Below, piece after piece: positions 39,779-51,539 of a stretch of 64,000 nucleotides of DNA. The position numbers and the translations under genes were made by a program. The stretch lies in assembly GCF_036321535.1 (NCBI RefSeq), contig NC_087472.1:92940001-93004000 (forward strand), given 5' to 3'. The number at the start of each line of letters is the position of its first letter. The stretch's first letter is position 1. This DNA is from Camelus dromedarius. Taxonomy: Eukaryota. Under the pieces are notes generated by a model. It ran no database searches. It was not told where the DNA came from and was given only the letters and a program-made list of their open reading frames with translations.

Positions 39779-40520
39779 TGTAGATGTATCTCCTACAACC
39801 CTCAAGGACCTGAACACCATTTTTTTTTAAATGTGATCATCAGGAAGGGTAGAGCCTCTATCTCTTAGTTTCTATGGGAAGATAGATGCCTAACTTTGAT
39901 AAATGCCAGTTAGCAGACATGGTGGCCTAATTGTTACAGAAATGGCAGGCCAGCCAAGAAACAAACACCACTCAGAGGGTGGAGTACTCAGGTTTATTAC
40001 GCTGGCAGGCTTAGAGGGGCTATCGCTCCGGAGCTCTGAGCGCCTCCGGGAAGTGTGAGTGAGGGTTTATAGGGTCACTTAAAAGCTTGGGGGTCCATCA
40101 ATCAATAGGGTTAGTACAGCTAGGCAGTGTCGCAAGCTTGGGAGTCCATCAACCAATAGGGTGGGTACAGCTAGGCAGTGTCATAAAAGCGGAAGCAAAG
40201 GGTCACTTGCAGTAACCTGAAACCGGTCTAGCAAGGTGAAACTTAAAATTCACGAGTTAACTTAAAATTCATGAGTTAGCCCAGTCCAGTCTTGGCCCAG
40301 CCCAACCTTTTCCTTCTCATAATCACATTTATAGTGACCAACCCTCTTACCTTCCTATTGTAATTTTTCACTCCCCTGACTCAGCTCAAGTCCCCACCCC
40401 AAACTTCCCCCTTTAAAACACTTACTGTCCTTTGCTCAATTCTTTCCTCTATAGCAGTAATTATTGGAAAAAGTCTATATTTACCACTTTAATGTCCAGT
40501 TTTGTTTATCTTCTATAACA
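39779..40520 (+). mobile_element. MER34/MER39-like ERV1 LTR, split by a younger LTR
   Basis: The halves rejoin as taaatgccagttagcagacatggtggcc[TAAT]cacatttatagtgacca; ends ...tttgtttatcttctataACA. Confidence 0.65.
39932..40319 (-). mobile_element. Younger ERV1-class solo LTR (388 bp)
   Basis: TG...CA ends with a perfect 4-bp TSD TAAT (39928-31, 40320-23). TATAAA (~40066-71) and AATAAA (~39993-98) lie on the minus strand; CpGs are retained. Confidence 0.88.
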
Positions 40521-40781
40521 TTTCAACTCAAGCTCTGAATGGCTGAAGCTGTGGAGAAGGCATAAGGCTGGTGCAAAGAACAATCAAGAGAGGGCTTCCT
40601 ACAGTAACCCCATTGTCACACACACGTCATGCAAGGAAGTCTGATAGCTTCCAGCCCCAGACTGAGCCCCAACTACCCATCCGCCCCCTCACCCCCAATA
40701 ACAGTTCAGAAAAGCCTATCCCCCTCAGTCTGTCACCACGGGGGGTTCTCACACTTCTCTTCTTTTTTGGCCTGTCAACAG

Positions 40782-41213
40782 TGTTGTGGGCACAGCGTGG
40801 TGGGCTGGTGACACAGGTTGGTAAGGAATTACCAGAGACGGAGAAGAGTTTAGGAAAGGTTAATAGGGACGCTGCTATAGGCAACAGTGGGCCACATAAG
40901 CACCAGGGCAAACGTGCAGGGCCTTTTATTGAGGGGAGAGTGCTGTGCACACAAGGAGTAGGGGCTGCATGATAAATTCGTGCACAGCTACCTGATCGGT
41001 TGTCAGGGACTTCTCTGAACAATAGGTTTTACAACTTTGATCATGGCAGGATGTGAGACCTGTCCGCCTAGGGTATTGTGAGATGGGCTATCTCCTGGGG
41101 CGATCAGTTTTGTTAGGGTAAACACACATCAAGAGCTGTTTTTATCTTGCAGAAATGCAGGTATGCGGAGGGTCCTGTGGGGGGTGGGGGTTAAGTATCA
41201 ATGGCTCCAGGCA
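40782..41213 (-). mobile_element. Solo LTR (432 bp), family not identified
   Basis: The minus strand reads TGCCTGGAGCC...AATAAA...CCCACAACA. Flanks AACAG/CACAG could be a 5-bp TSD with one mismatch. GC and CpG are higher than the surroundings. Confidence 0.65.
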
Positions 41214-41936
41214 CACAGAGAGCCCAGGGGTGGAGGTTTTCTGACTCCATAGAGTGACAGCCAGCTCCACAAACACCTTCCTGCCTCTTTCTTCCTTAAG
41301 AATATTTTTCTCCCTTCTCTGTTTAAAAACCTCCAACCCCTAATTCTCTTTCCACTTCTTATCTGAAAACATTCAATTCTCCACTCCTAACCTAAACTCT
41401 GATTATAGCTTATATTTATGTATTCCAAAACACCTTAAAGTGATCTGTGAAATAAAGACCAATTTACTCCTGATCTCTGATTTTTAGGAGAAAAAAATAA
41501 ATAAATCCTCAGCAGAGACTGAATTTATGACTCTCTCAAATTCCTCTCCTTTCCCAGAACAAGCCCCACCCCATCAATATTTCAAATGTGATTCTGTAGC
41601 TTGCTTTTTAAAATCTGGCTTTTTCTTAGTCTATAAAAATATTTGGAGCCCATACAAATGATTATTGCCCCCACCGCCAGTTCAAGTAAGAGGAAACATA
41701 TAATTCTGACCCCCTTCCCTTGGGTACTAACCAGTCTCTCTAACACTCACTATTTACCACTTAGGCCTCAGATAAAGATTCCAGCTAAAGAAATCCTTGC
41801 ACCAAAAGAAGTATCTAGAATATTGCTGCCCTAATACTGGCTCAGGGATCAGCAGGGTTAACATCAACTGAGAGTTGTTTAGAAAAACAGAGTATCAGGT
41901 CCACTCTGGATCAACCACGTAAGAATCTGTGTGTTG

Positions 41937-42172
41937 CATTACTATATATATTACTATATAATGGAGGAGCCTGAAATAGATAAACAATAAGAACCTACTG
42001 TATAGCACAGGAGACTATATTTAATATCACATAGTAACAAACTGGAAAAGAATTTGAAAATAAAAAAATATATACGTATGTTTACGTATAACTGAATCAC
42101 TCTGCCGTACATCTGAAACTAACATTGTAAATCAACTACACGTCAATAAAAATTTTTTTAAATAATAAAAAA
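41937..42172 (+). mobile_element. Short L1 3' end inserted into a MER5-like MITE
   Basis: aaatagataaacaataagaacctactgtatagcacagg...AATAAA with an A tail; 16-bp TSD at 41921-41936 and 42173-42188. Confidence 0.85.
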
Positions 42173-43100
42173 AAGAATCTGCATGTTGGAAATGCACTGT
42201 TTACAGCTCTGTAATTGGAGACTGGGCAGATCACCTTGGCTTAAAGAATGCGGTTTGGTAGTCTCCACCTTGTCTTTTCACAAGATTTTCTCAAGGTAAA
42301 CTGCCTCCAACAATGTTTGAGAGCAATTCCCTCCTCCCACTTACAAAAAGAACTACCTCTTTATAACATACCTTGTATTGCTAATAACTTAAACGTTTCC
42401 CCAAATGTCTACAAGTAATAGAATCTATTTTTAACTTAATCACTTTATGGGGTATTTGATTATCATGCATTATTTGTGAATACCATCTGTATTAAATTCT
42501 AACTATTTTATTTAAATTAGTACTAAAATATTAACAAGAACTTCTCCCATTTTAACACAATCTCAAACAGAGATGGTTGTTTAATTGGGTACATTGGAGT
42601 TTGCTTTATTTTTTCTGTCCTGTGTAAGGTTGCAAAGTTCTGTAACTTTTCAAACTTTTAAAATCTTACTTATTAACTATTTAGAATTTACTAAGGGTTT
42701 CTGTAGCATGGTTGTGCACTTTTAGCATAAAGTTAAATATAAGTCAAATTGTTTATTTTTGGTTTCATGTATAAAATATCTGTTTGTGCTATCTTTTAGC
42801 TTTCCCCCCTCTTACATGGAAGCAGCCAGCAATTTCCTAGAAAAGGAGTCAGGACAGCATAGCAGAGTTGAGAGCAGAGGGCTCATTGACAAATGAAAAG
42901 GGGTAAGTGTAGAGGAGCAGTAGGAGCAGATGAATCAGGACAGGGAAAGAAGTCAAGTAGGATGAAGATCAGAGGAGAATGGAGGAGTCTGAAATAAAGG
43001 CAAAGGGACAAGAATTCTGTTTAAGGGGCATTGACAAAATGAATGATCTTCCTTGCAAATCCTGTTTCACATGCAGTGGGAGAACTATGTCCAGTTGTTA

Positions 43101-43741
43101 TGTTGCCAGTGGATGTAACCAGTGTTCCAGGTTCTTGTCCCATCCCAGAAAGAATTTAGAGACAAGACTCAGAGGTTAAAAAAGTAAAGTGAGGATTTAT
43201 TAAGTAATGGAGAGTACACTCTCAAGCAGAGGCTCAGGTGAGCAGCTGCTCCGAGTTTCTTTGGCAAGTTGGTTACGTAGGGTATAAAAATGAATGGGCA
43301 GAATATTCATTAAGGAGGGAAGGGCATGGGGTCATGTTCCCTGATTTTCATCCCAACTCCACCTTCCTGAAGGGAGGAGGGATTTTTGTCCTTATTTAGT
43401 CTGGATTGGAAATGTCACTGCATCGGTGCATGATGGGTACTTCTAATCTGCAAGGCTAATTTTATTGAAATGAGGGCATAATAAGCAAAAGGTTACATTT
43501 GGACACTAGAAATTCCAGCCTTTTCCCACCTTTCTTTGTTGGCCTCTTATCACCCCCAAAGGTGTGACCACTTATCAGCTCAGAGGTTCCTGCTTCTCTT
43601 TCTCTGTTCAGGGACCCCTGGTGCTTACATGATGTATGGTTTCCTGCATTTGGCTTGTGCCCCTCCTTTCTGCCCATTTCCTGCTGTTTGGTCTGTGCTC
43701 CCCTTTCTCTGCTCATATCTAGCTATCTCCCTGCTCTAACA
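43101..43741 (-). mobile_element. ERV1-class solo LTR, same family as 8029-8680
   Basis: TG...CA ends with a perfect 4-bp TSD GTTA (43097-43100, 43742-43745); homologous to 8029-8680. Confidence 0.92.
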
Positions 43742-44029
43742 GTTACACACTTGTACTCTTTCTACAATGCCATACGGTGTCGGTGTTCATGCTCAGCTAT
43801 TGTCACGTGGCCACAGGGACAAATTTCTGTGTTGAGATAAAGGATCCAAGTCTGAAATCTTCAAATTTCACAACTACACTTCCTTAATTGAGAAATATAC
43901 AAGTGCATATCTAATTCTCTCCAGATATAGGGAGATAATTTTTCCCCTATGTGGGCTATCTAATCTTTTGAGACTTGGTTTACTTTGTATAATTCTTATT
44001 AAAATATTCCTCATGGAGAGGAAATATCT

Positions 44030-45070
44030 TTTTGTGGTTAAGAGCATGGAGTCTGGAGTCAGACTCTCAAGGTTCAAATATCAGCTATGGCTTGTGTAGT
44101 TTCCTCCTCTACAAAATGGAGATAATGGATAAACCTTCTTCTGTGAGTTTGACTTTTTTAGATTCCACATATAAAAGATCATACAGAATTTGCTTTCTAT
44201 GTCTGACTTATTTCACTTAGCATAATGTCTCCAGTTTCATCCATGTTGTTGTGAATGACAAGAAGTCCTTTTTTATGGCTGAATAATATATATTATTAGC
44301 GTAAAGTTAACTAATTACTATTAGCATACTAATATATTATTATTCAGCCATAATATGTATATACATAATATATATCTCACATTTTCTGTATCCATCTTCT
44401 GTCAACACTTACATTTTTCCATATCATGGCTATTGTGAATAATGCTGCAGTGAACATGGGAGTGTAGATATGTCTTTGAGGTTTAATTTCATTTGGATAA
44501 ATATTTATGTAGAATTTGCTGGGTCATATGGTATTCTAGTTTTAATTTTTTAGGAACCTCCCCCCATACTGTTTTCCACAGTGGTTGCACCAATTTACAT
44601 TTCTACCAACAGTGTATAAGGGTTCCCTTTTCTCCACATACTTGCCAACACTTGTCATTTGTTGTCTTTTTGATGACAGCCATTCCCAGGTGTGAGGTGA
44701 TATCTCATTGTGATTTTGATTTGCATTTCTCTGATGATTTGGCAACTATAGTCAATAATATTGTACTGTATGCTTGAAATTTGCTAAGAGACTAAATCTT
44801 AAGTGTTCTCACCACATGCAAAAAAAGGTAACTATGTGAAGTGATGAATGTCTTAATTAGCTTAATTGTGATCATTCTTTCACAATGTATATGTCTATCA
44901 AATCATCATGTTATACCCCTTAAATATATACAGTTTTTATTTGTCAACTGTACCTCAGTAAGCTGGGAAAAAAAGGAAGAAAAACCTGCCTCATTGAGTT
45001 ATTGGGAGGATTAAATATAGAGCATTTAGCACAGTGCTCGGCATGCATTTCAGTGCATAGTGGATGTTTA
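44030..45070 (+). mobile_element. MIR SINE split by an L1 insertion
   Basis: gtggttaagagcatggagtctggagtcagact...aaaatggagataat | aaacctgcctcattgagttattgggaggattaaat...cttagcacagtgct. Confidence 0.8.
44137..44981. mobile_element. 5'-inverted (twin-primed) L1, L1MA-type
   Basis: 44137-44740 is antisense L1 (ORF2 end and proximal 3'UTR); 44741-44981 is the sense distal 3'UTR with an A tail. aaacct flanks both sides (44131-36, 44982-87). Confidence 0.85.
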
Positions 45071-45859
45071 ATATTCAAAATGAGTTTTAAAATATGCATA
45101 TTTGCTTGTAAATACAAAAGTTTTCCCTGGAGAATACAAGAAATTGATGAGGTTGGTTGCATGAGGGAGAGAAGCTAGGTGCTCAGGGAAGGATACAGGA
45201 GGGAGATATTTCACGCTGTATAGTCTTTTATATCTTTGGAATTTTAAACCATGTAAATGTATTACACGTGCAGTGAAGCATTAAATAAATAAAGTAAAAA
45301 TAAAAGGAATCTGCTTCACTTCAACCTTTCTATATATAGCTTTAGAAGGCTTATACTTAGGGGTTTCTTATGGCATTTTGTTAAGATTTGATGACAGTTG
45401 ATGGTAAACCCATCAACAAATATTGGGAGCCTGGTGAGTTCCAGGCATATTGTGAATAAGGCATAGTCCCCTCTCTCAAGGACCATACAGTCCACTTATA
45501 AAGATAACACAATTCCATCAAGCAAAAGGACCAATACAAATGTGAGTTTAATCTAGAACTAAACTGTAAGAACATATCCAGGCGCTTCCATCTTTGGGGA
45601 TCACAGGGAACTGATGTACAAAGAACGTGTTTGGGGGAGGGGCTGGAGCTTAAGCAGGGTAATAATGAATAATGAGTAGATGTTATTGTTGGTGGAAGGA
45701 GAGAGTTTTCTAATAAGAAATAGGGAATAATGTGATAGAAGGACAATGGGATGTGACTTTAAGTTACTAGGTGAAGCTTCCCCTTAAATCAGTTTTCCTG
45801 ATTAGAAATAATAATAAGGAAATGACCAAAAAAAAGCAGAGTAAATTGGCAGGCCCCTT

Positions 45860-46136
45860 TTTGCTCATTACCTTTATGCTCTTTTCTCCAGGATCCACAC
45901 AGGGTGCCTGGAGGTGGAACAACCATATTGCCACTCTTAGGACCAAAGACATAGGCTATGGGGTTAGAGCCAGAAGCTTGAAGGAACCTCATTCTTTCAT
46001 TTCCTTGATCGAGTGCACCTTCTCTGGGTTTCTTCCTTTCCAATATCTTATAATATGAGAAAAGCAAAATCTTATTTCCTTATACCATTATAGCCTGGTT
46101 TCTGTTACATACAGTGAAACATAATCCAAACTAATA
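45860..46136 (+). mobile_element. MLT1-type (ERVL-MaLR) LTR fragment
   Basis: tgcctggaggtggaacaaccatattgcca...agagccagaagcttgaaggaacct...gtttctgttacatacagtgaaacataatccaaactaata. Confidence 0.6.
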
Positions 46137-46196
46137 TGGCTATATGTTTTCAATAAACACTGCATCAAGAAACTTTAGTTTTCCAAGCTCTTTACA

Positions 46197-46383
46197 AAGG
46201 GTTGCCAGATAAAATACAGGACACTCAGTTATATCTGAATTTCAGATAAACAGTGGAGAACTTTGGTAGTATGTCTCATGTAATATTTTCAATATACTTA
46301 TACTGAAAGAAATATGCATTGTTTTTTGAACTTCAGTGTAACTGGGCACCCTGTGTTTTGGTTTGTAAAATATGGGAACACTA
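46197..46383. mobile_element. MER53 palindromic hAT MITE
   Basis: agggttgccagataaaatacaggacactcagttatatctgaatttcagataaaca...cttatactgaaa...aactgggcaccctgtgttt. Confidence 0.85.
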
Positions 46384-47379
46384 TTTACATGCCACACAAA
46401 ACCTGTTCAGGGCCAGAGCATTCCTACTTGCAAGAGAGTCTTAGACACTGCCTGCCCCAACTGCAAAACAAATGGAAGGTTTTTTAGTAAGCTGAAGGGG
46501 AGAAATGTGTAGGTAATTAGCAATGCCTCTCAATAGAGAAGTGGGATTTGGCTTTTTGAGAAAAATGTGATAAAGGGAAAATCATGTGCATTCATCTCTG
46601 AGAGTACTCTTCTCCTCCCCCTTTACTTTATAATACTTTTGTTTTTATTTTCTTTATGAAAGAACATTAGTCATTCTGCCATTTAATGTATTCAATCATT
46701 TTAGTCTATTTCCTACAATTTCCCCCAATCATAGCATCATTTGTTTTATTAGTTGTAATCATAATGTAGATAAAATTTTGAGCCCTACTTTTTTTCTTTA
46801 CAATGATCTCAAACCATTTACCATTTTACTGCATGCTCTTTTTACACCTAATTTTTATTGTTGCTGTATATTCCATTGAGATGATTTTCTATAATTTACT
46901 TAAACTTTTCCTCATGTTTGATCTATTTTATTCTTTTAAATATTTTTGCTTTATTTTTGATTTTAAAATAATGATAGATAAACATCTTTGTTGCAGTTGT
47001 TTTATTTTTTATGGGTTAGAATTTTGAATTATGTATAAAGAACCATGTATTAGATTTGGAATTACTCTGGCAAATAATAGGATTATTTTTAGTCTTGATA
47101 TATATTCTTAATTTTAATAGTTCCTGCTTCCAGGGTTAGCCTTTAGCAAAATTATGACGTTGGGTGACTTTAGATTGTCTTTGTTGCTGTAACCTTCTAT
47201 TCTGCAGATCATTTATTTTTGGTGTATCCCAAATTCCTTCCCGTTTTCGACTATCCAGTGCTTTTCTGCTCCTTTCTCCCATTTATATCCTGCTTTCAAA
47301 ATGGATCTAATTTTAATCATTTATGTCACTTTAAAATTAAGTCAATATTTCTTGGCTCCCAGAGAATATTTGGAGAGGT

Positions 47380-47610
47380 AATGTACCTTAGTTACAGACT
47401 TAGTTTAAATATCATGTTTGTCACTTACTTGCTATGTGATTTGAAGGAGTAGTTCACATTTCTGAGCATGGTTTTCTCATCGATAAAGTGAAGATGTTAA
47501 CACCTTTAAGTCAAGATGGTTATGAGGGTAAAACAAGATAATTACGTAAAGGTTTTGGCAAACTGCTAAGCTGATAGTAAGAATTTAATAGATTCAAGAT
47601 ATTATTAGTC
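47380..47610 (+). mobile_element. MIR SINE
   Basis: tcacttacttgctatgtgatttg...ttctgagcatggttttctcatcgataaagtgaagat...gttatgagggtaaaacaagataat. Confidence 0.7.
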
Positions 47611-49269
47611 ATAATTATCATCTTCACTTTAACTTCATTTATAATCATGGAATGAAAATGTTATTTCCTCATAAGAAAATTCAGGAATTTACCTCAGCTT
47701 GAATATCATGCAATATCCTACTCCTAGTATTTATTCAAAATAATTCTGATGAATTTTCTTCCCCTACCATCCATTGGAGAATCCTCTATAGTGTCCTTGA
47801 AGTTATGTAATGTGAATCCTCATTGACTACTGTGTAAATGATAGCCACCATGCCAGGCTCAAGTCCTGAAAACAACCAAAATAACAACATAACTTTCAAC
47901 AGTTAATGTTTACATAGAAGACAATTTCTTAAAAAAGAAAACAACAATTATAGTAAAACATATTTTCACTTTTAGTTACAGTGTGAATTGAAATAAAGAA
48001 ATAGTGACATTGCCAGGTCTGCCCTGAGTCATTAAGACATGTATCTGATGTAAATGTCAAAAAAAGTTTTAGGATGTGTCCTTCCATTGAAGTAACCAAT
48101 ATAAGCAATAAATATTTTTTTAATAGTGACAGATTAAAGAAAAAATTTACTAGAAATTTCTTTGGGAGATTAAAAATAATTAATCATGACTATTATAACC
48201 ATCAATTCATTCCATCCTTTTGTTAATTTAAAAAATGGAAGCTGTAGCTTTATTCACATGCTTCTTTGAAACAAACAGTACAAAATATTAGCATACAGAA
48301 ATTAAGTCAATTTCAGCAATTATTAATATTTCCCTCAACAACCTTACAGAGTTAGAGCATATCTCTAATCTATGTCATCCCCTTTTGAAAAGGCAGTAAG
48401 GTAAAAGGAAAAAAGCAAAGCAAAGCAAATGCTACTGGCTTGTATACTTAGAGGACCAGGGGAAAAGGGGATGAACAAAGGTTGAAGAAGACAGCAAAGC
48501 TAGACAAAAACGAAAGCATTTTTTTATGGTTGTGTCAGTATTTTCTACTGCAAGTATCTGATATCTGGAGGTTTATAACTTTGTTCTAATAATTCATCTG
48601 CAAGTGGCAAAGAAGGTGGCAAGGTGGGAATAAAAATTGTGTGCATGTTTTTATAGAAAGATTTATAATTACTGAATTGAAAATCATTTAGTTATTTCAG
48701 TTACAAAAGTCAGAACAAAATAGAATTCATGCTTGTGTTCAAAACCCTCTGAATAGCTTGCTGTTGTGTGAATCCTTACAAAGAGAAGAAAATTATGCGT
48801 GGCATAAGGGAGATTAATATTTGGTATTTACTTTTGCTATCTCCTTTGTTTTATAATGTCACCTATTGAACAAATTCAATAAGGGACATTTAAAAAAATT
48901 TCCCCCTGATTTAAATTTTCCAATAGTTAAGAGCTTAGAGACAATGAAAGTCTGAAAACTGACTACCACCCATAACACTGACCTTTATTAACACTGAACT
49001 TGACGACTATCTACTCTGTCTCAAGCCACTCCTCAGATGTAGGCATTCCTCTGACACTGGTCTTAGCCCTTCTTGCACATAACTTTTTTTTTTTAATTCT
49101 TGGAAATTGCAGCTACTTCATGACATCAGCTACCACGGTGAATGTTACCATATTTCTGAAACCTTGTTGGAATTTCCCGCAGCAGAATGAATCCACTTTC
49201 TCATAGCAATTTGAATATCCCAATGAGAACCCATCATACTCTGTTAGAATTTTGGTACATTTTGACAGT

Positions 49270-49627
49270 GTCCTCTTGAAAACTTCTGTGACTCTCCGCC
49301 TGGGCTTTATCTCAGCCCATATATGGAACGGCTGGCTAGGAGTGCTGGGTTTCGAGAAATCCTCAGCCAATAGGGGATGGGAGTTAGAAGACACTCTAGC
49401 TTTCTCTGCTCTCATGGGGGCTAAATCTTAGACGATCTCCCAGAGATCCTGCTTAGGATTGAGCCATAGTGTTCCCTGCTTGTTCATACACCTTTTATTG
49501 GCTTTCTTCCTTCCTGTTCTCACCTTCTTATTCTACTGCCATTTCCTGGGAATCATCTCCCAAACAAGTGTCTTTCTCTTAGATCTTTGCCCCAGTATCT
49601 GCTTCTTGGAAATCTCAAACTAAGATA
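49270..49627 (+). mobile_element. LTR16-family 5' LTR (ERVL)
   Basis: cctcagccaataggggatgggagtt...ccttttattggctttcttcc...atctcccaaacaa...tctgcttcttggaaatctcaaactaagata. Confidence 0.75.
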
Positions 49628-51450
49628 AGTTTGTATCAGAGGTGATCCTAGGAAGCAGAATCTCAGAATGGAATGCTGGAATTAAATCACTGGCTGGGTA
49701 AATGGTAATAAAGATCCACTGATGGTGGTGAGAGGAGGATTATTGCCGACTCTTGGCCTCTTGGAGCATCATGATTACTAAGATTTGCACATGTAGTAAA
49801 CTGGGATGGAATATAGGTGTGCTAGCTCCAATGCCCTACAGATGGGGGGGGAGGGAAGGCAGTTATAAGGATTGTAGATTTGGCTGGCTATTGTTAACTG
49901 TGATTGGAAGCCTGAAGAAAGAAAACTGCAAGCTGAGGTCAGCCAACCATCAACTTAAAGCATGATGTGAAAGTCAGAATGATGCTTGGCTGCTATTAAG
50001 GAGATTCGGCAGAATGTGCTGAGAATCACTACTAAGATCTGGTTGTAAAAAGTGGTAGAGTTACAAAGAGGGCTGAATATACAGCCCCAGCAAATCTCCT
50101 TTGCTAAAAGTGAGCCCTGATGGGGAAAGAGCAGAACTCTAAGAAATGGAAGGGGACATTTAAAAATTGCACTTGGAAAACCTTAAACCTATGGATCTGC
50201 TGTGGATTTACCCTCATTGCTTCTACCAATAAGTAGGGTCAAATCTCAGCCTAGCCTAAGATGAGGAGTTCCCTTCCTGCTCTAGCAGGCAGATATGTAC
50301 CAGTAGGAAATGGGAACACATGCCTGGGAAAGGATCTTGTGGTTGCTGGACTGGAGTGAGGGTCAGTGAACTTAAGGCTGGATGGAGGAGATTTTATTCA
50401 GGCATTCTGCTGACTCAGAATTTAACTTCCTGGCAAGGATGTTGGAGCCAGTCTTAAAACACAGGTGAGATGGTTCTTTGAGGCTTGGAAACAATAGCCT
50501 ATAGGAAACAGGCGAGGTTGCTGGCAATACCTTGGTGGGATATTGAGAGTATCATCAGAAAGCTCAGAGAAGTGAGCCTTGTTAAATGGATTCCATTTGG
50601 TTGGAAAGCTGGAGAATTCTCTAGTGCACTATGTTTCCCAAGAAGGTACCTATAAGTTACATAAACAAATAGTCCAAACCCCCATGCCACCTACCTCTGT
50701 GCTGACATTTCTCCCTGTGCTTTCACCTCTGACTTCATAGGATATTCCCAGTGATAAGCTGAGGAAGGACTTAAAATTCTGTCTTGGTACATGTGTGGCT
50801 CAGTATGTTAGTGCAAACTGACATGAACTGCTGCCACATTGAAGCCCCACTGAGGGGTAGCCTTCAGTGACAGAGATGATGGTGAAAATGTTCCAGAGCT
50901 TTGTGTAGTATACCTGCTCATCAACTTGTGTGAAGGTATAGGAGGCCTCTGCTAAGACTATATGGAGTCCTTAGCAGTGGCAAATGGCTTGGCTGGGTGG
51001 CCAAGTCTACTAGAAGGAGCAAAAGGGCAAGGACAGAGATAAGAGGGTCAGATGAAAAGGCATGTAGGTGTATCTGTGGGCGTGGACATATATTAAGTCT
51101 GTGAATCTTTGGTTTGCATGTCAGTGTTTCTAAGATATCATTCAGCACAGAAAAGGCACTAGACCCTCAAGGGAACAAGATGATTGTCCAGTAGGCATCT
51201 ATCAACCTCCATCTTCAGCTCCCTAGTGGATTCATTATGGCACAGGGACCTCCTGAATGATGTAGCCATGGTGGCAGGATGAAGGCTGCCCATGGGTGCA
51301 ACAGCATGGACTTCTCTCATTTAAGCTGATCTATCTACTGCCACTTCTGAACATCTGACCTGTCAGTGCAGAGAACGATGATGGAACCTCAGTGTGGCAC
51401 CATCTTTAAAGGAGAACAACCACTGGTGACAAGTAGATTACACTGGATCC
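49628..51450 (+). mobile_element. Degenerate ERVL internal sequence (ERV3-16A3-like)
   Basis: Directly follows the LTR with agtttgtatcagaggtgatcctaggaagcagaatctcagaatgg, then decayed pol/integrase-like segments (caaatggcttggctgggtgg, tagccatggtggcaggatga, ctggtgacaagtagattacactggatccc). Confidence 0.7.
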
Positions 51451-51539
51451 CTGTATTAATTTCTTATGTAACAAATCACCACAAATGCAGTGGCTTAGAA
51501 TGAGAAATTTATTCTCTCACAGTTGTGAAGGCCAAATCT

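Noticed and set aside
40571..41022. Overlapping 131-133 aa ORFs on both strands
   Set aside because: They cross an LTR boundary in GC-richer repeat DNA and show no recognisable domain.
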